DNA of 32,000 bases, taken from Mahella australiensis 50-1 BON. GTDB lineage: Bacteria; Bacillota; Clostridia; Mahellales; Mahellaceae. Below are positions 17,766 to 27,559 of the stretch, piece after piece. Location: positions 2,317,349-2,349,348 of the forward strand of contig NC_015520.1 of the NCBI RefSeq assembly GCF_000213255.1, given 5' to 3'. The notes beneath the pieces are model-generated. The model had not been told where the DNA came from and ran no database searches. It saw only the letters and a list, made by a program, of their open reading frames with translations. The stretch's first letter is position 1, and each line of letters begins with the position of its first letter. The position numbers were made by a program, and so were the translations under genes.

Positions 17766-19023
17766 ATGAATCAAGTACCTGTTGCTGGCATCGATGTCGG
17801 TAAGAGATTCTCGGAATTGGTAATCCTCTCGCCTTCTAATGATGTCTGTGCCCGTATCCGTATTAATCATGATTCTTATTCTAGTTTCGAAATGGCTCTC
17901 GAACTCCTTAGAAATGCGGAAAAGGAGTTCGCAGTAAAGCCTGTCATCGTTATGGAAGCTACTGGCCATTACCACAAAATCCTTTTCCAATCCTTAATTG
18001 ATGTTGGATATCAGGTCTGTGTCGTTAACCCTATCCAAACTGATTCTATCAAAAATATTGGGATTAGAAAAGTAAAAAGTGATAAAGTGGATGCTCGTAA
18101 GATAGCTTTGTTATATCGTTTTGAACAGCTTAATTATTCTTGTATACCTAATGAGGATATTGACTGCCTGCGTAGCCTTTGCCGCCATTATTATAAGCTA
18201 TCAGACCAGCTCACTGCTTATAGGAATAGACTTTTGGGTATTGTTGATCAGCTCTTTTTAAGTTTTACCGATGTCTTTGGTGATGTTATTTCTGTTACAG
18301 CGCTTGCTGTACTGGAGAAATACCCTACTGCTGACGATATCCTTAAAGCAGACTGCGCATAAAAGCCTCAAATGAGCAAACGATAAGTATGAACAGCTTT
18401 GTTCAAATGCCAGAGATTTTAAACCTTTGAGCATTAATTCTATTGCTAACATCGCTATGCTTAAGGCCAACATCGCTATGATAAAGACCTTAAAGCAGTC
18501 TATGGATGATGCTTTGAAGGCTATCTATGAGCTTTTGGAGCAAGATTCTAAGAGAGACATGCCTTTGCTATCTTTGAGTATTGATCTTCTTTGTTCTATC
18601 CCGGGGATCGGCCTATTGACTGCTGCTACTATTATATCTGAAATAGGAGATTTTTCTGCTTTTTCAAAGCCTGGCAAGCTGGCTGCATATTTTGGCATTA
18701 ACCCATCTGTAAAACAGTCAGGTCAATTTAAAGGCACTCAAAATAAAATGTCCAAGCGCGGCTCTAAGCTCTTGAGGAGGGTCATCTTCACCACAGCGCT
18801 TGCTAATATTCGCAAAAATCGCAATGGCGAGAATATTAACCCTGTGCTTTATAAGTATTACCACGAAAAATGCAAGAGCAAGCCTAAAAAAGTAGCTCTT
18901 GGCGCCGTTATGCATAAACTTGTCAATATCATTTTTGCCGTTCTTAGGGATAGAAAGCCGTTTGGGTTAAGAAACCCGGAAGAACATGCAAAATTGCTTA
19001 TAGCAAAGAAGCTGGCAGTTTAG
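17766..19023 (+). pseudogene. IS110-family (DEDD) transposase split into two frames
   Basis: ORF 17766-18362 is the N-terminal DEDD domain (AGIDVGK, VMEATGHYH). ORF 18427-19023 is the C-terminal Transposase_20-like domain (IPGIGLLTAATIISEIGDFSAF, KQSGQFKG, KMSKRGSKLLRR). They are in different frames, with stops at 18360 and 18373 between them. Intact family members are single ORFs of about 350-430 aa. Confidence 0.65.
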
Positions 19024-19343
19024 TACAAACATGCTCGATATTTAGTTTTCAAAGAACAGCCGACCAGCCTGCTAATTTTTAGCTTTTTTGGTTGGTTTGT
19101 TTGTTATACCCTTTTTTAGAACCACCTTGCTAAAATTATTTTGCAAAATATCTTGACAACAATTAGCTGGTCTATAATAGTTTTGCAAGTATATAAAGGC
19201 TTATAATCCTTCAGCCTTAGCAATTGCTGGTCTTGCAAATATATCCTATATCAGTCCGCAAAATATTTGCCTAAGCACTCTACGTTAAATACGGTAGAGC
19301 TATTCTTGTCTATAAACAAACTGTTTTTATTGATATCTATTAG

Positions 19344-22300
19344 GTTTCAATTCCTCATAGGTAGGCTAAAAACTGTTATCCGTCATAGTACCTCCCTGTT
19401 TTTTTATATTGTTTCAATTCCTCATAGGTAGGCTAAAAACATAAACTTTTTGCGCCTTAAATTACCTTCCATAACTTGTTTCAATTCCTCATAGGTAGGC
19501 TAAAAACTGAATACTCCTGTGCCACTATCGCGCCCTTTCTCGACGTTTCAATTCCTCATAGGTAGGCTAAAAACAATGGTAATATTTTGGATATTTTATC
19601 ACCTTTGCCGCGTTTCAATTCCTCATAGGTAGGCTAAAAACCTTTGCCTGCGCAACATCATCATGAAACGCTATTTGTTTCAATTCCTCATAGGTAGGCT
19701 AAAAACTGAATACTCCTGTGCCACTATCGCGCCCTTTCTCGACGTTTCAATTCCTCATAGGTAGGCTAAAAACAATGGTAATATTTTGGATATTTTATCA
19801 CCTTTGCCGCGTTTCAATTCCTCATAGGTAGGCTAAAAACCATTAATAGCGTTATCTATAGAATTTTCTATATTATGTTTCAATTCCTCATAGGTAGGCT
19901 AAAAACTTGAATCTAGTTTCACGCAAGAAAGGAAACCACGCGTTTCAATTCCTCATAGGTAGGCTAAAAACTCATCATATGGCATTGAAAATGAAAATGT
20001 TTCAGCATCATTGTTTCAATTCCTCATAGGTAGGCTAAAAACAAAAATCCATCAAGAATGGGAGTTGGGTTTATCATTTGTTTCAATTCCTCATAGGTAG
20101 GCTAAAAACATTCTGCCCTGGTCATCCCTCACGCTGTCATCGGGAAGTTTCAATTCCTCATAGGTAGGCTAAAAACTGGATACATATCTTCATTTTCGGG
20201 TGAAGTAGCATCGTTTCAATTCCTCATAGGTAGGCTAAAAACTAGCTAACCATGCTGTTACGCTTTTGTCGTATTCCTGTTTCAATTCCTCATAGGTAGG
20301 CTAAAAACGTCACCTTGGAACTTTATTTTATTGTCTCCAATTACAGTTTCAATTCCTCATAGGTAGGCTAAAAACCCCAATTGTATATTTATATTATTTG
20401 GTATAGTCAAATGTTTCAATTCCTCATAGGTAGGCTAAAAACCAGTAACTGTTATTGGATTAGTTCCACCATTTTTTAGTTTCAATTCCTCATAGGTAGG
20501 CTAAAAACCTGGTGAATTTACAGACCCCACAAAGTTTATTGTGCGTTTCAATTCCTCATAGGTAGGCTAAAAACCAGATTTGTCTGTAAATGAATTACAA
20601 TGGATACTCAGTTTCAATTCCTCATAGGTAGGCTAAAAACAAATTAGAGTTTACTAATACGTTAGTATTAGTATTCTGTTTCAATTTCCCAATTTCGTTT
20701 CAATTCCTCATAGGTAGGCTAAAAACTGAATGGCTGGAAGTATACTGCAAACCAAAATTAGCGCCGTTTCAATTCCTCATAGGTAGGCTAAAAACGGATA
20801 TATGCAAGGAGAATAGAAAGAGAGGGCAATGAGTTTCAATTCCTCATAGGTAGGCTAAAAACCCATAGCTAATGTGCTACAAGAATGGCGCATGTGGAGG
20901 TTTCAATTCCTCATAGGTAGGCTAAAAACAAAATGGTATTCCGGCTATAAGAGCAGTAAAGACGCGGTTTCAATTCCTCATAGGTAGGCTAAAAACAGTA
21001 TAATGGCGGCTTATCCCATATGGCACTTTCGATGTTTCAATTCCTCATAGGTAGGCTAAAAACCTTTGGTTTCCCAGCTCCAGTTGTAATGCTTATTTTG
21101 TTTCAATTCCTCATAGGTAGGCTAAAAACTTATCGCCTGCTCTAAATCTAATCGCAGAAAGCCTATGTTTCAATTCCTCATAGGTAGGCTAAAAACCGAC
21201 GATTACGTATAACATAGATAATGCGAAGTCGAGTTTCAATTCCTCATAGGTAGGCTAAAAACTGAGGTATTGGAATGGAAGTATTAACATACGAATTATC
21301 GTTTCAATTCCTCATAGGTAGGCTAAAAACTAAAATCGCTGCTACTATCCAAGTGATTGGATTGGCGTTTCAATTCCTCATAGGTAGGCTAAAAACATTC
21401 AATAAGGTCAAGGATGCTATAATAGCACCATTGTTTCAATTCCTCATAGGTAGGCTAAAAACCCATGTAATATCTTGCGAAGTTAGTTTTGCGCTATTTG
21501 TTTCAATTCCTCATAGGTAGGCTAAAAACTTGAATATGTGAAACCAGTTCTAGAAGCCAAAGCCGCGTTTCAATTCCTCATAGGTAGGCTAAAAACTGAG
21601 AGCGGCAAACAGGCATATGAAGCGGTAAAAGCCGGTTTCAATTCCTCATAGGTAGGCTAAAAACTTTCGCCAACTTCTTTTATTTTGTTCCATGTATTGA
21701 TGTTTCAATTCCTCATAGGTAGGCTAAAAACGCGGGCGTGTGTACTACAGGTGTGGCCGCGGAGAATAGTTTCAATTCCTCATAGGTAGGCTAAAAACTG
21801 GTATGACTACATATAGATTTCGTAATGATGGCTTGTTTCAATTCCTCATAGGTAGGCTAAAAACAATCCCATATATGGGTCATATATTCTTTGGCATCTC
21901 AAGTTTCAATTCCTCATAGGTAGGCTAAAAACTTGCATAGCAAAAGCCGAAGAAAGAGAGGCGTTATAGTTTCAATTCCTCATAGGTAGGCTAAAAACGC
22001 CCGTTAAAAGGTAATAACAAAGATGTGTATTGTGGTTTCAATTCCTCATAGGTAGGCTAAAAACCAAGCGCGCTTGGAAGTGTGCCTGCTATTCTTTATG
22101 GTTTCAATTCCTCATAGGTAGGCTAAAAACGTCAGCATCTGGATTGTCGTATCCGAAATTTGCCTTAGTTTCAATTCCTCATAGGTAGGCTAAAAACTTA
22201 TGGCAAAGCACGGCTTATCTGTTATGCAAGAGCGTTTCAATTCCTCATAGGTAGGCTAAAAACTTATGGCAAAGCACGGCTTATCTGTTATGCAAGAGCG

Positions 22301-24868
22301 TTTCAATTCCTCATAGGTAGGCTAAAAACTTCTATCCGTAACGCTTAATTTTAACCATCGCTCGAAGTTTCAATTCCTCATAGGTAGGCTAAAAACAATT
22401 ACTATGTTATGATTGCCACAATAAGGAGCACAAGTTTCAATTCCTCATAGGTAGGCTAAAAACAATAAGCCGAGAACTTAACAATCTAATCCAAACCTCG
22501 GTTTCAATTCCTCATAGGTAGGCTAAAAACAGAGCAGCCGAATCGATATTTACTAGACATCGGCGAGTTTCAATTCCTCATAGGTAGGCTAAAAACCAGT
22601 AGCAGCTATATTAGAAAACTCTACAGAACTCTGTTTCAATTCCTCATAGGTAGGCTAAAAACAAATTTACAGCAGAAAGATAATGAACGTATTGCCTCGG
22701 TTTCAATTCCTCATAGGTAGGCTAAAAACTGAGGAAATGGCTGATGTATTCATTCGGTCGGGCGATTGTTTCAATTCCTCATAGGTAGGCTAAAAACTCA
22801 ATGTATTTTTTATTTCTCTTTCTATTATTATTAGTTTCAATTCCTCATAGGTAGGCTAAAAACGAGCAGATGTCAAAAAAGCAGATTTTGTAGTATTGCG
22901 GTTTCAATTCCTCATAGGTAGGCTAAAAACCCATAGGAGATGAGCATGGAAGGTTTGCTGTTAAAAGTTTCAATTCCTCATAGGTAGGCTAAAAACCCAC
23001 TCTTTCATCACTAATCATTATGATTTGTAAATTGTTTCAATTCCTCATAGGTAGGCTAAAAACCAAATTGGCCAAACGAATGGGTTTAATGGTGGACTAT
23101 GTTTCAATTCCTCATAGGTAGGCTAAAAACCATGGCCAGTGATACTTGTTCAGCTAAATGATACTCGTTTCAATTCCTCATAGGTAGGCTAAAAACATAT
23201 TTGTTCCATCATAAGCTATTCCATACATATAATGTTTCAATTCCTCATAGGTAGGCTAAAAACGGGTATGCTGGGATTTCGGGAGCACTTGATTTTCGAT
23301 GTTTCAATTCCTCATAGGTAGGCTAAAAACTTATCCAACATATTTTGCTGTTTGGTAAGTCTGTCTATGTTTCAATTCCTCATAGGTAGGCTAAAAACTA
23401 AAACATCCATTACTATTGAATCATGTATCTGTCCAAGTTTCAATTCCTCATAGGTAGGCTAAAAACGTGGACAAGGTTTCTTTGATACCATTCCAAGCAT
23501 CTGGTTTCAATTCCTCATAGGTAGGCTAAAAACTCTTGGATTGGGAATATGTGTATCAATCCAATGAATTGTTTCAATTCCTCATAGGTAGGCTAAAAAC
23601 TGGCTTTGTTGCGTATAGCACGCAGTGCTATGTCCATGTTTCAATTCCTCATAGGTAGGCTAAAAACTTATATCACCTCATTTCAAATAATTCAATATAG
23701 TAAAGTTTCAATTCCTCATAGGTAGGCTAAAAACGAACTTGGAACATTGAGTCATAATCTTAATGATGTATTGTTTCAATTCCTCATAGGTAGGCTAAAA
23801 ACGGAAATGAAAAAGAAATAGGTCAACTTTTATTGGACATGTTTCAATTCCTCATAGGTAGGCTAAAAACCTCCAACTTGGCTGGATTCTTTTATACCCT
23901 TCACCAGGTTTCAATTCCTCATAGGTAGGCTAAAAACAAATCCATTCTGGTTTTGGGTTCTTCTTTGAACATTTGTTTCAATTCCTCATAGGTAGGCTAA
24001 AAACCCACTGATATTTCAGTATGAGATAAATTTTCATCCAAGTTTCAATTCCTCATAGGTAGGCTAAAAACGAACTACTTGGACTTGAACCACGCCATTC
24101 GCATCTGTGTTTCAATTCCTCATAGGTAGGCTAAAAACGGAATACTTTGTTTTAACTTATCATTCATCATAGCCATGTTTCAATTCCTCATAGGTAGGCT
24201 AAAAACCCCATATCGTAAAGCCAGCCCAAGCATTATTGTCGGTTTCAATTCCTCATAGGTAGGCTAAAAACTGCATAAGTCTTACCGCTGCCAGTCTGCC
24301 CAACAAGGTTTCAATTCCTCATAGGTAGGCTAAAAACTATTAACGGTACTGACGATGTTATACTCCAATTTGAGTTTCAATTCCTCATAGGTAGGCTAAA
24401 AACGCAATGGAGTAAAATAAAAATGAACAGTACAGGCGGTTTCAATTCCTCATAGGTAGGCTAAAAACCTAACTCCGTCGTATTCTGCTTTTTCTGTCTT
24501 TTTCTGTTTCAATTCCTCATAGGTAGGCTAAAAACCAGAGGCAGAACAAGTAGTTCAGTGGTTAAATGAAAAGTTTCAATTCCTCATAGGTAGGCTAAAA
24601 ACTTTCCCCGCCGATGTGTCGCTATCATCAAAAGTAGCAGTTTCAATTCCTCATAGGTAGGCTAAAAACCCATCACATCTGTCAATATTGGCTTTATCTT
24701 GTTCAAGTTTCAATTCCTCATAGGTAGGCTAAAAACGAAATACTACTGATGCGGAAGCATCTGGAAATGGAACGTTTCAATTCCTCATAGGTAGGCTAAA
24801 AACATGCCTGCTTGTCTTTACCGAAGATGAATTTTATTGTTTCAATTCCTCATAGGTAGGCTAAAAAC
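19344..24868 (-). CRISPR. Type I-B CRISPR array: 83 copies of a 30-nt repeat and 82 spacers (mostly 35-38 nt)
   Basis: Plus-strand repeat GTTTCAATTCCTCATAGGTAGGCTAAAAAC. Its reverse complement GTTTTTAGCCTACCTATGAGGAATTGAAAC ends in ATTGAAAC, the canonical 8-nt crRNA 5' tag of I-B/III-associated repeats, so I assign transcription to the minus strand. All repeat starts were located by hand, and the repeats look identical by eye. Confidence 0.95.
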
Positions 24869-25091
24869 CCCAATTTTAGCAGCTTAAAATGGGCATTTAC
24901 ATCTTATTTACAGCATTACAAAATCGCTGCTCTAACTTACGTGGCCCATCACTGCGAATAGCTACATTAAGCCTTTTATAAGCCATAATAATGATGTCGT
25001 CGATCTCCAGCATTTTTTACGTTATTACCGATCGACGACATCATTATATCATAATTCGCCCTATGCTGCACAACTATTTTTCGGCATAAAT
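24869..25091 (-). promoter_or_regulatory. Putative CRISPR leader (between the cas3 stop and the first minus-strand repeat) with a candidate extended -10 promoter
   Basis: 223-nt non-coding stretch. The minus strand reads TGATATAAT (rc of 25043-25051) with no good -35. An 18-bp perfect inverted repeat lies at 24988-25005 / 25030-25047. Confidence 0.4.
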
Positions 25092-27539
25092 TTATGCCAT
25101 CCAAACCTCCATATCCAGTGAGCGTTTGAAACCTGTTTCAATATCATAGAATAGATCCAAGCCTTCTAACGGTAACCTCCAGAATGTCTTATCTTTGGAT
25201 ACTGCCATATTGGGCTGTAATCCCATAGCCAATTTATCAGGTACTGATATTATATAGGCATCCAGTTTGCCCTTGAATCTCAAACGCGCTTCTCTTCTTT
25301 TAGCCTCATCATTTTGCGCCAAAACATTTTCTGAGTAGGCCTCCCAAATGTCCCTGGCTTCATCGTCTATTTCAATGAACACATCGGCATAATTCGGCCT
25401 ATTGTCTATAAGGGAAAATGAAGACACCGTCACTATGTCGCTTTCATCTTTAGAAAATCTTAAATGTTCAAATGCTTCCCATATATCATCAGATATCTGT
25501 TGGCTTTCAGAAAACGTCAATTCATTGAAATATTCATTGATCATATCATAAAATGCATGTTCAGATATGGTTCCTCTCTCCAGCATTTTTAAAGCTAGCA
25601 TGCAATGGATAGAACCGTATATCCTTTTTGCCAACAACGTTTCTCCCTTGCCCTCATCTTTTTTATCTACCAGCTTATATACGTAAACCTTGCCATCGTC
25701 ATCCATGCTACTGCGCTTGCACCGGCCGGCAACCTGAATTATGGAATCCACTGGACCTATGTCGCGCATTACTACATCCATGTCTATGTCCACACCGGCT
25801 TCTACCACTTGCGTAGATATCACTACGATCGGCTCATGTCTATCGGTATGCTCTTTTATTTCTTTGATGCGCTGGTTTCGATGCTTCGGTATTATATTCG
25901 TCGATAAATAAAGAATCGGAATATCTATTCTGTCTTTTATCAGATCATACAGTTGAATAGAGGACTTTATGGTATTCATAACTACCAAATAGGAATGCTC
26001 GCCATCATATATATCCATGAATTTATCGGCCATTTCATCTACTGTCATCGTGATAGGAATCGGTAAAAGTGATACGCGGTCCAATTTTTTGAAATATTGT
26101 TCTGGAGCCTTAACTAACTCCATGCTGCTGCCATCCTCGAATATCAGCGGTTTTGTGGCAGTCATGAGTATAATATAACAACCCATTTCGCTGGCCATTA
26201 TATTCATGACTTTGTTGATAAGCGGCCAGTACTCCACGCCGACATTCTGGATTTCATCCAACACTATTATTGAACCGATTATATTATGATATTTCTTCAG
26301 AAATTTGTTCCTATACCCCACCAAAGTATAAAATAATTGTATAAAAGTAGTGACCACTATCTCAGCCTGCCAGCTTTCTATGAGCATAAGCGCTTTATCT
26401 AGAGGCTCTTCTTCTCCTTGCCGCGTATATGACAGTTCGCTCAAATGATGATGTTTTACAAGGTACAAGCCTTCGTTGCCATTGAAATCATCCATCTGAC
26501 TTAGTATCTCTTTTATGACATCATAGTTTTGATCTATTATGCTAGTAAATGGCAATGAATAGATAATTCTCGGGCTATAGCCAAGCCTTTGCTCTATGCG
26601 CGCCCTCAATTTTAGAGCGGCAGACAGGCCGGTAAGCGTTTTTCCTGATCCAGTCGGTGCTGTTAACGTGAAAAGATGTTGCGATAGCGGTGCATTCTCA
26701 ATACTTGACATCACAGATTGGTATATACTGTTGCGCATCTCATCTAGCGGTTTTGCCGGGTTCTTGAACTTTTTCATCCTATATGTGTCTATAATATCTG
26801 CAGGTAAGACTTTGCGCTGGGATATTTCCACCTGAGCAGCATCCATCTTATCGTTGTCTATGAGTTCGGAATACATCATAAGCCCCAGCATAAGCACCCT
26901 TATGCGCACATCGGAGCTTTCTTTATTCATCAGTTTATAGCGCTGCAAATCCAGTTTTCGAAGTATGTCCTCCCAGTTCGCTATAAACTCGTTAACGCTA
27001 ATATCGACTCCCAAATCACGATAGCACTGCTCTATATCATGGACATGGAGCTTTATATCGTCCAGTTGAGTTTTGAATATATTGATTTTATCCGACCAAC
27101 GTTTGTCGGTAGCGTACGCACCGCCTTTGAGCAGGCTTTTGGTCAGAACATCATCTTCAAGGCTCCCGAGATTGCCATGATGATGGAGTACGAAAAAATA
27201 AGATATGAGAGGCATGTATGTTTCATGAGGCTTGTCACTATGCCAGAATTTCTGCATTACATATCCCACAAATACCGCCGATATAAAGCCGTGGAAATGG
27301 AGTGAACCATCTTTCGAGCCATGCAATAGATATCTCTGGAAATACGTTGTGAATTTGCCAAAGTCATGGCTTATACCCATAAGATACGCAGCCTTTGCCA
27401 CATCGGCGGCGCCATCTATGGGCATACCTACTATAGAGCGTTCCATTTGGGCCGCCACTTCTCGCAGATGATTTTCCAGCAGCTTTTTCCTCGTTATATT
27501 ACCTTGCTCATCTTTGGTTATATGGGAATAAAACTCCAT
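25092..27539 (-). CDS. cas3: CRISPR-associated helicase/nuclease Cas3 (HD domain fused to a DExH helicase)
   Basis: HD motifs GISHDFGKF and VLHHHGNL. Helicase motif I TAPTGSGKT and motif II VLDEIQ. 815 aa. Confidence 0.9.
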   Translation of the reverse strand: MEFYSHITKDEQGNITRKKLLENHLREVAAQMERSIVGMPIDGAADVAKAAYLMGISHDFGKFTTYFQRYLLHGSKDGSLHFHGFISAVFVGYVMQKFWHSDKPHETYMPLISYFFVLHHHGNLGSLEDDVLTKSLLKGGAYATDKRWSDKINIFKTQLDDIKLHVHDIEQCYRDLGVDISVNEFIANWEDILRKLDLQRYKLMNKESSDVRIRVLMLGLMMYSELIDNDKMDAAQVEISQRKVLPADIIDTYRMKKFKNPAKPLDEMRNSIYQSVMSSIENAPLSQHLFTLTAPTGSGKTLTGLSAALKLRARIEQRLGYSPRIIYSLPFTSIIDQNYDVIKEILSQMDDFNGNEGLYLVKHHHLSELSYTRQGEEEPLDKALMLIESWQAEIVVTTFIQLFYTLVGYRNKFLKKYHNIIGSIIVLDEIQNVGVEYWPLINKVMNIMASEMGCYIILMTATKPLIFEDGSSMELVKAPEQYFKKLDRVSLLPIPITMTVDEMADKFMDIYDGEHSYLVVMNTIKSSIQLYDLIKDRIDIPILYLSTNIIPKHRNQRIKEIKEHTDRHEPIVVISTQVVEAGVDIDMDVVMRDIGPVDSIIQVAGRCKRSSMDDDGKVYVYKLVDKKDEGKGETLLAKRIYGSIHCMLALKMLERGTISEHAFYDMINEYFNELTFSESQQISDDIWEAFEHLRFSKDESDIVTVSSFSLIDNRPNYADVFIEIDDEARDIWEAYSENVLAQNDEAKRREARLRFKGKLDAYIISVPDKLAMGLQPNMAVSKDKTFWRLPLEGLDLFYDIETGFKRSLDMEVWMA

Positions 27540-27559
27540 TGCCTCTCATACCTCTCTAC

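Larger units (their letters stand above)
17403..19045 (+). mobile_element. IS110-family insertion sequence (boundaries approximate)
   Basis: A DEDD-type transposase ORF pair is flanked by a 16/17 inverted repeat, CTAAATATCAAGCATGT (17403-17419) versus ACATGCTCGATATTTAG (19029-19045). A long non-coding left end (~360 nt) precedes the ORF, as in the IS110 subgroup. Confidence 0.7.

Noticed and set aside
17730-17990. 86-aa minus-strand ORF overlapping the transposase start
   Set aside because: It is antisense to the conserved DEDD N-terminal domain, with no RBS. It is a shadow ORF.
19112-19141. Sequence resembling a degenerate CRISPR repeat (TTTTTAGAACCACCTTGCTAAAATT)
   Set aside because: It is only about 60% similar by eye and inverted relative to the array repeats, with no adjacent spacer-repeat periodicity. 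It is probably chance in AT-rich DNA.
19153-19178. TTGACA ... TATAAT on the plus strand pointing into the array (possible plus-strand leader promoter)
   Set aside because: The hexamers are only 14 nt apart, too short for sigma-A. A second pair (TTGCAA 19183-19188 / TATAAT 19202-19207) is 13 nt apart. The repeat tag rule also favours minus-strand transcription. I keep this as an alternative but do not call it.
21275-21520. 81-aa plus-strand ORF inside the CRISPR array
   Set aside because: Its translation repeats FQFLIGRLKT every unit, so it is just the CRISPR repeat read in frame. It is not a gene.
24991-25089. Small ORFs (about 22-32 aa, MMSS...) on both strands within the leader hairpin
   Set aside because: They arise because the inverted repeat contains ATGATG on both strands. 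There is no RBS, and the mirrored reading frames are a palindrome artefact.
25083-25098. 16-nt perfect palindrome GGCATAAATTTATGCC overlapping the cas3 stop codon, considered as a cas3 terminator
   Set aside because: It is an AT-rich 8-bp stem followed on the minus strand by GAAAAA rather than a T-run. The T-run lies on the wrong side for either strand.
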